From an uncultured Candidatus Bathyarchaeia archaeon (GTDB lineage Archaea; Thermoproteota; Bathyarchaeia; TCS64), in contig CAZIAF010000001.1 in NCBI GenBank assembly GCA_964537625.1, positions 1 through 57,976 on the forward strand: 57,976 nucleotides of DNA. Direction: 5' to 3'. The notes under the pieces were generated by a model. The model did not search any database and was not told where the DNA came from. It saw only the letters and a list, made by a program, of their open reading frames with translations. The position numbers were made by a program, and so were the translations under genes. Numbering within the stretch: position 1 is the stretch's first letter; each line of letters starts with the position of its first letter. Shown piece after piece: positions 53,206-57,976 of this stretch.

Positions 53206-54354
53206 ATGGGCAGAGTCTCTATAATTAGAAGCCCAAAGACGCCGATGGATGGAGAGGTTGCTGGACTTGTGAAAGGGGCAATCGATTTGATCGGGGGCAT
53301 AGAGAGCATCGTAAAGAATGGCGACGTCGTTGCTTTGAAACCGAACGTAGTCACTGGCAGAGTCTCGAAACCCGGTGTAATAACCGATAAGCGGGTCATC
53401 GAAGCGATGATTAGGATGTGCCAGCTAGCGGGTGCTAAGAAGGTGCTCGTTGTTGAAGGTTCTGGTTACTTCACACCGACCGATGTTGCATTAGAGAAAA
53501 GCGGAATTAAGGCTGTCTCTGAGGCGTTGGGTGCAGAGGTCGTCAACGTCGACAATGACAAGCTTGTCGATATTAGTGTACCTGATCACTTGATCGTTGA
53601 TAAGATTCCAGTCTCAAAGGCGTTCATGGATGCTGATGTTAGGATTAACCTTCCGGTTATGAAGACCCACGATCAACTCTTGGTCACTCTAGGTGTTAAG
53701 AACTTGAAGGGGGTAATACCGAAACCGTGGAAGAGAAACTTCCACAAGATCGGTGTAGTGAAAGCTGTGATAGATCTGAGTCGTGCAGTTCCCGTAGATC
53801 TTACTTTATTGGACGCCATCAACGCTATGGAGGGACTCGGTCCAAGCTTCGGAGACATTGTGCCTCTTAACATGATTATGGCTTCAAAGGATCTATGGAG
53901 TCTCGATCTCGCTGCGAGTAGGGTAATGGGGTTCGAGATCAAAGAACTTGACTACCTTATAGAGGGGCTCAAGCTTAACCTCTTCGACCCAGAGAAACTG
54001 ACGGTGGTCGGAGAACAAATAGAGAAAGTAGCGCGGATATTCAAGAAGCCACCCACTGACCTTGAGTTTGGTGATGGGATCACTGTAATCAGCGATGGAG
54101 CATGTAGCGCGTGCCGCGGTACAATCCATAGTGTTGTCTACGACCTTGAGCAAATGAGGCTCATGGGGGAGATCAGAGACCTCATCATCGTGGTCGGTGT
54201 CAATGCGAAGGTGCCTAAGGGGCTGAAGAACACGCCCATTGTGATGGGAACCTGCCTCAAAGCTCATGAAAAAGAGGGTTACTACGTCGTTGGTTGTCCA
54301 CCGAACAACGACGGTATGCTGGCGGCAATCAAAAAAGTTTGCAACCTCGAGTAG
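53206..54354 (+). CDS. DUF362-domain protein (putative Fe-S binding)
   Basis: VALKPNVVTG...GVITDKRVIEAMIRM plus C-terminal Cys residues (DGACSACRG, GTCLKAH, VVGCPPN). Confidence 0.75.
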   Translation: MGRVSIIRSPKTPMDGEVAGLVKGAIDLIGGIESIVKNGDVVALKPNVVTGRVSKPGVITDKRVIEAMIRMCQLAGAKKVLVVEGSGYFTPTDVALEKSGIKAVSEALGAEVVNVDNDKLVDISVPDHLIVDKIPVSKAFMDADVRINLPVMKTHDQLLVTLGVKNLKGVIPKPWKRNFHKIGVVKAVIDLSRAVPVDLTLLDAINAMEGLGPSFGDIVPLNMIMASKDLWSLDLAASRVMGFEIKELDYLIEGLKLNLFDPEKLTVVGEQIEKVARIFKKPPTDLEFGDGITVISDGACSACRGTIHSVVYDLEQMRLMGEIRDLIIVVGVNAKVPKGLKNTPIVMGTCLKAHEKEGYYVVGCPPNNDGMLAAIKKVCNLE

Positions 54355-54396
54355 TTTTCCACCCTTCTTTTAAGCTTTAGCGTAGAGTTACTGATT

Positions 54397-54897
54397 ATGG
54401 GCAGCATCACCGAGGCTGAGGCTTATCGGCTGCTTGATGGATCGAGTAAGCTGGCGCATTCGGTACTAGTGTCTAAGATAATGCAGATCCTAGCCCCAAC
54501 GTTCTCTGCATCACCAAATGAGTGGGGTCTTGTAGGCCTACTACATGATCTCGATGACGATATAACCGAGAATGATCGTAAGCGGCATGGGCATAAGACC
54601 GCGGAGATGCTTAGCGGTAGAATGCTGGAGATGGGGTTACACGCCATCAGAGCCCACGATTATAGGTCTGGAGTTAAACCGGTCACCGTTCTTGACAGGG
54701 CTCTCGTTTTCGCGGACAACTTGGCGATAATTATCTCGGATCAGAAAATCAAGACGCCATGTACACCTACGATTTTATTCGAGGCGATAAGGAGTGAGTG
54801 TCAGGATAGGCCTTGGATCGCAGAGAACCTTTTGGGATTCACCGAGAGGGAGGGGCTTGCGATCTGGGATGTTGTCAACAAGATCGGGCTTACCTAG
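54397..54897 (+). CDS. HD-domain metal-dependent phosphohydrolase
   Basis: H...LVGLLHDLDD...HGHKTAEML pattern. Confidence 0.7.
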   Translation: MGSITEAEAYRLLDGSSKLAHSVLVSKIMQILAPTFSASPNEWGLVGLLHDLDDDITENDRKRHGHKTAEMLSGRMLEMGLHAIRAHDYRSGVKPVTVLDRALVFADNLAIIISDQKIKTPCTPTILFEAIRSECQDRPWIAENLLGFTEREGLAIWDVVNKIGLT

Positions 54898-55015
54898 ATT
54901 TCTTTTTTTGCGAGTGCGGAGGTGTAGATCTTGTTTTAGTCCTGTTTTTTGGGTGGAAGCTGTTTGCCCATTCTTTGGCAAACTCCTCAAATAGCTTCAG
55001 ATCTGAACATTATTT

Positions 55016-55561
55016 ATGGACCCTGATGGGGTAGTCGATTTCCTCGTTGAGGCTGGCAAGCTGAAGAGGATCCCTCGCACAGGTTGGGTCGAAGTCGGCG
55101 TCGACCACCCTGAGTCCGTCGCCGACCATTGTTACCGAACCGCCCTCATTGCTATGTTGTTATCCGATCTAAAGGGGTTCGACTCTGGGAAAATAATCTG
55201 CATGGCACTCTTACATGATCTTGCTGAGGCTAGAATCGGCGATCTCACACCCACCCAGAAGGCGGTCAAACTGGATTGGATTCAAAGGGAGCAAGACGCC
55301 TCATGCTACTTGATGAGTCTACTTCCTCAGGAATTAATTAAAAAATACACATCGATTGTCAAAGATTACAACGAAGGTACCTCAGTCGAAGCTCGATTGG
55401 TCCATACTGCCGACAAACTCGACATGATTCTTCAAGCAATCGAGTATGGTTCGGAAGGTGGAGATGAAGAGAGGCTGATGAGGTTCATGCACGTCTCTTT
55501 TGAGGGTGGGGTAGAAGCAGAGCTTGAGAAGAGAATCAAAGAGAGATGGAAGATCAGGTGA
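55016..55561 (+). CDS. HD-domain hydrolase, YfbR-like 5'-nucleotidase family
   Basis: LKRIPRTGW...ESVADHCYRTA...ALLHDLAEARIGDLTP...ADKLD. Confidence 0.8.
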   Translation: MDPDGVVDFLVEAGKLKRIPRTGWVEVGVDHPESVADHCYRTALIAMLLSDLKGFDSGKIICMALLHDLAEARIGDLTPTQKAVKLDWIQREQDASCYLMSLLPQELIKKYTSIVKDYNEGTSVEARLVHTADKLDMILQAIEYGSEGGDEERLMRFMHVSFEGGVEAELEKRIKERWKIR

Positions 55562-55755
55562 GCGCGCCTCCAGATCAGTTCTGGATAATTTGATACTTCG
55601 TTTTTCAGCTCTCCCGGAGAGCAAGATGAACCTCTAGATTAACTATTCGTACCAGATAGAACTCCATCCCAGCATGGAAAACCTTCTTATTATTTCTGAA
55701 GTGATATAATTGGTCTGGTCGTAACCTTACTAGGGAGGTTTAGCCAGCATCGCTT

Positions 55756-55769
55756 CATCAAGCTTGATG
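55756..55769. promoter_or_regulatory. Perfect 14-bp palindrome CATCAAGCTTGATG just upstream of a TATA-like CATATAAAAAG, ahead of the PfkB kinase gene
   Basis: Read directly. It lies 48-61 nt upstream of ATG 55817. Confidence 0.3.
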
Positions 55770-55816
55770 GCGATTCATATAAAAAGACCGGAGCCTCGGT
55801 TAAATGGACTCGGAGA

Positions 55817-56620
55817 ATGAGACTCCTCGCCATCGGAGACAATTGCATCGACCACTACAAAGAGCTTGACAGATGTTTCCCCGGCGGCAATGCTCTCAAC
55901 GTAGCGGTATACTCCCACAGAATACCCGAAGTCGAAGCAGATTACTTCGGCGTTGTAGGAAACGACGAGGCTGGCGACTTTTTACTCAATCAGATGAGGT
56001 TGGAGGGACTCAGTACTACCGGAGTCATCAGGCTCCCGGGAGCCACTGCGGTCACAACTATCTTGATCAGCGATGGGGAACGTGTTTTTACCGATTACAT
56101 CGAGGGTGTACAGAAGAACGCCGAGCTTCCTAAAAAATTGCTTCTAAGAGTAACTGATTACGACATTATTCACTTCTCTGTCTGGGGCTTCGGCAGGGAA
56201 CACATCCCTGCAATCAAAGCAAAGTCTCGGGCCAAGCTTAGCTGTGATTTCAGCAACCAACTAAACCACAATGCACTAGAGGCTATGCCTTACCTCGATT
56301 ACAGCTTCTTCAGCGGTAAGGAACTTATCAATAAAGGCATCGACCCCGAGGAAAAGATCAGGGAGCTGAAGGAACTAACTCCTGGGCTCGTTGTAATGAC
56401 TCTCGGTGAACACGGAAGTCTCTCCTTCGATGGTGAAAAACTCTATTCGAGAAAGGCCTTGAGAATCGAAGTAGTTGACACCCTCGGCGCAGGGGATAGT
56501 TACATAGCTGCTTTCCTCTGCGCTCACGTGGTCGGAGAAACAATCCCGGAGGCCATGAGCAGAGGTAATTTAGTAGCCACCGAAACTTGCAAGCGGTTAG
56601 GTGGCTGGGGAGGTAATTGA
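55817..56620 (+). CDS. PfkB-family sugar/ketoamine kinase (FrlD-like)
   Basis: MRLLAIGDNCIDHY...GGNALNVAV...DTLGAGDSYIAAF. Confidence 0.85.
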   Translation: MRLLAIGDNCIDHYKELDRCFPGGNALNVAVYSHRIPEVEADYFGVVGNDEAGDFLLNQMRLEGLSTTGVIRLPGATAVTTILISDGERVFTDYIEGVQKNAELPKKLLLRVTDYDIIHFSVWGFGREHIPAIKAKSRAKLSCDFSNQLNHNALEAMPYLDYSFFSGKELINKGIDPEEKIRELKELTPGLVVMTLGEHGSLSFDGEKLYSRKALRIEVVDTLGAGDSYIAAFLCAHVVGETIPEAMSRGNLVATETCKRLGGWGGN

Positions 56621-57092
56621 TACGTCATGCCCGAACGCGTAGCATGAGGGACTCGAAATGGTCCCTCTTGGTCATCATTTTCTCGGTACATTCTTCGTTC
56701 ATGGTGCGTACTCGACCTCCCTCATCTTCTTCTTCTCCCCGTTCATGTCCGTCAGAGTGTTGTTGGTGTTGATGACAACGCCGTGCGCATGCTTATTTCA
56801 AAGTGGGATATCAGCAACGGCAACAACCATTGTAATTACATCAATTCCAACAAACTGGCAACGGGGGAGGAGCGGAAGACCAGGAAGCATTCGCCTCCGG
56901 ATTTTCGTACCACTCGTTTTGAAACAGAGGGCGATACAGAATTTATTTTATTATTTGACTACCATTCGACTTTATGGATTAAGAAAGATTTTGGAAATAC
57001 GTGTCTTTCAGGCTGCAAGTCCCCTTCTAATCGATAAAATGATTCTTTATCAAATAGTAAGCTAATGTATGCGTTGTGCGCGCCTATATGAA

Positions 57093-57111
57093 GGAGGTAT
57101 TTAAAACCTCC
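57093..57111. other. Hairpin GGAGGT-N7-ACCTCC at the host/IS110 junction region
   Basis: Read directly. It sits at the point where composition switches from AT-rich to GC-rich. Confidence 0.3.
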
Positions 57112-57245
57112 CAGCCGCCGTGAATTCCACGCATGCGCCTATCCGCCCACCAACCCAAGGAGCAAGATGACACTCCGCCACCAGGCGTCGCCAATCGCGC
57201 GCACGACCACCAACCCGGGGTCAGCGCATCCACGGCGAACCACAT

Positions 57246-57976
57246 CTATGCCTGAGCATCCAACGGATTAAAGTAAGACCTCCCGTGCACCAGCACGCTA
57301 AAGCACACCTCCACAAGCTTCCTAGCAGCAGCCACCAGGGCAGGCCTCCTGCCCCTCCTCTCCGCGACGCCGTGGTAGAACCGTGTCACCGGAGTATCAT
57401 ACCTGATGTGAACCATCGCCGCCTCCACCATAGCCCACCTGAGCCAACGAGATCCTTCGCGAGTGATCCCACCGTGACGCTCCACACCGCCGCTGCTCCT
57501 GGTGCTGGGAACCAGGCCAGCGTAGCTGGCGAGGTGGTCACCGCTGCCGAAGCGGCGCACATCACCGATCTCCGACTTCACCAGCAGCGCCACGTAGTAG
57601 CCGACACCGGGTATCGTCATGAGCAGCTGGACCTCCGCGTCCTTCCCGGCGCTCCGCTTCAAGTCCCCTGAGACGAGCTTCACCTCCTCCTTCAGCGGCT
57701 CGATGAGGCGAAGATAGCAGTCAACGGGCTCCAGCCTAAGGCTCCGCAGCCACTCGACACCCTTGGCCGTAAAGAGGCCATGGCCTGTGGGTGGCTTCAC
57801 TCCCTCTGCGGCGAGGACGTCTCGGATCTTCACCTTCAGCTTCGTCACCTGCCTGACCATGAAGGCCCTACGCCTGACCTTCTCCCGGATCTGGGCGATG
57901 TCCCTCGGTGGTATGTAACTCGTGGGCAAGCTGTCCAGCCTCAGCAGCTCCGCTAAGGCTCTTGAGTCGACTCTGT
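57246..57976 (-). CDS. IS110-family transposase/recombinase, C-terminal part (5' end off-window)
   Basis: LMTIPGVGYYVALLVKSEIGDVRRFGSGDHLASYAGLVPSTRSSGG (Transposase_20 block). The frame stays open upstream of the track's Met to the window edge (...RVDSRALAELLRLDSLPTSYIPP). The gene is markedly GC-rich. Confidence 0.9.
   Translation of the reverse strand, partial: RVDSRALAELLRLDSLPTSYIPPRDIAQIREKVRRRAFMVRQVTKLKVKIRDVLAAEGVKPPTGHGLFTAKGVEWLRSLRLEPVDCYLRLIEPLKEEVKLVSGDLKRSAGKDAEVQLLMTIPGVGYYVALLVKSEIGDVRRFGSGDHLASYAGLVPSTRSSGGVERHGGITREGSRWLRWAMVEAAMVHIRYDTPVTRFYHGVAERRGRRPALVAAARKLVEVCFSVLVHGRSYFNPLDAQA

Larger units (their letters stand above)
57070..57976 (-). mobile_element. Partial IS110-family insertion sequence (right part only; the inner boundary is approximate, from the composition shift)
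   Basis: There is an abrupt change from AT-rich host sequence (about 56930-57070) to GC-rich sequence at about 57075-57115. This is followed by 135-180 bp of non-coding GC-rich DNA and then the transposase gene. Confidence 0.7.

Noticed and set aside
56917-56940. GTTTTGAAACAGAGGGCGATACAG, which resembles an archaeal CRISPR repeat.
   Set aside because: I found only a single copy. No second repeat at spacer distance was spotted when reading the window by eye, so it is not an array.
1-57976. A scan for rRNA, tRNA, SRP RNA/RNase P RNA and CRISPR arrays in all spacers longer than 100 bp.
   Set aside because: No GC-rich structured spacer, no cloverleaf-compatible sequence and no regularly spaced repeats were seen. 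The only GC-rich non-coding DNA belongs to the IS110 end. A proper tRNAscan or Infernal run would still be needed to exclude small RNAs.

Overview
This is a gene-dense chromosomal segment from an archaeon, roughly 50% G+C by eye. The archaeal origin follows from ribosomal proteins L10e and L21e, RNA polymerase subunit Rpo4/F, exosome subunit Csl4, Dph2, FEN-1, an ATP-dependent DNA ligase and the bifunctional FBP aldolase/phosphatase. The gene content fits a thermophilic, peptide-fermenting lineage (TACK/Korarchaeota-like), but I cannot prove the taxon from sequence alone.

I support about 57 protein genes and found no rRNA, tRNA or CRISPR array.

- **Left third (1-22 kb):** information-processing genes (csl4, dph2, rpl10e, the DUF655-rpoF-rpl21e cluster, srp54 and a translationally coupled fen-lig pair). 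Mixed in are peptidases (two M20, one S9), a yjcH/actP-type carboxylate symporter pair, a DapA-family lyase and an AMP-forming acyl-CoA synthetase.
- **Middle and right (22-57 kb):** mostly amino-acid and organic-acid catabolism.
  - glnA, two Lrp/AsnC regulators, a D-aminoacylase and an aminotransferase.
  - A gamma-delta-(alpha+beta fused) 2-oxoacid:ferredoxin oxidoreductase.
  - A split UxaA/GarD-like dehydratase with DUF917, a mu-crystallin-family protein and an HpcH/GarL-like aldolase.
  - An ADP-forming acyl-CoA synthetase alpha subunit.
  - Three tungsten-type aldehyde:ferredoxin oxidoreductase (AOR) paralogues. Two of these sit in a 2,730-bp tandem duplication, each with a four-cluster Fe-S subunit, and a MoaD-like gene lies at the downstream end.

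**Accessory or unusual elements:**
- An AT-rich island of about 2.9 kb (13.7-16.5 kb). It carries an orphan HerA/FtsK-like ATPase with deviant Walker motifs, a coiled coil and a wHTH-like tail, plus a small wHTH protein and a possible nuclease-fold protein. This is my best candidate for an undescribed system.
- A wHTH-fused Hjc/Mrr-like nuclease next to a truncated amidohydrolase.
- An Lrp gene with no canonical start codon.
- A GC-rich partial IS110-family element at the right edge, whose 3' non-coding end could encode a guide (bridge/seek-type) RNA.

All functional calls come from reading the translations by eye. No database search was run.
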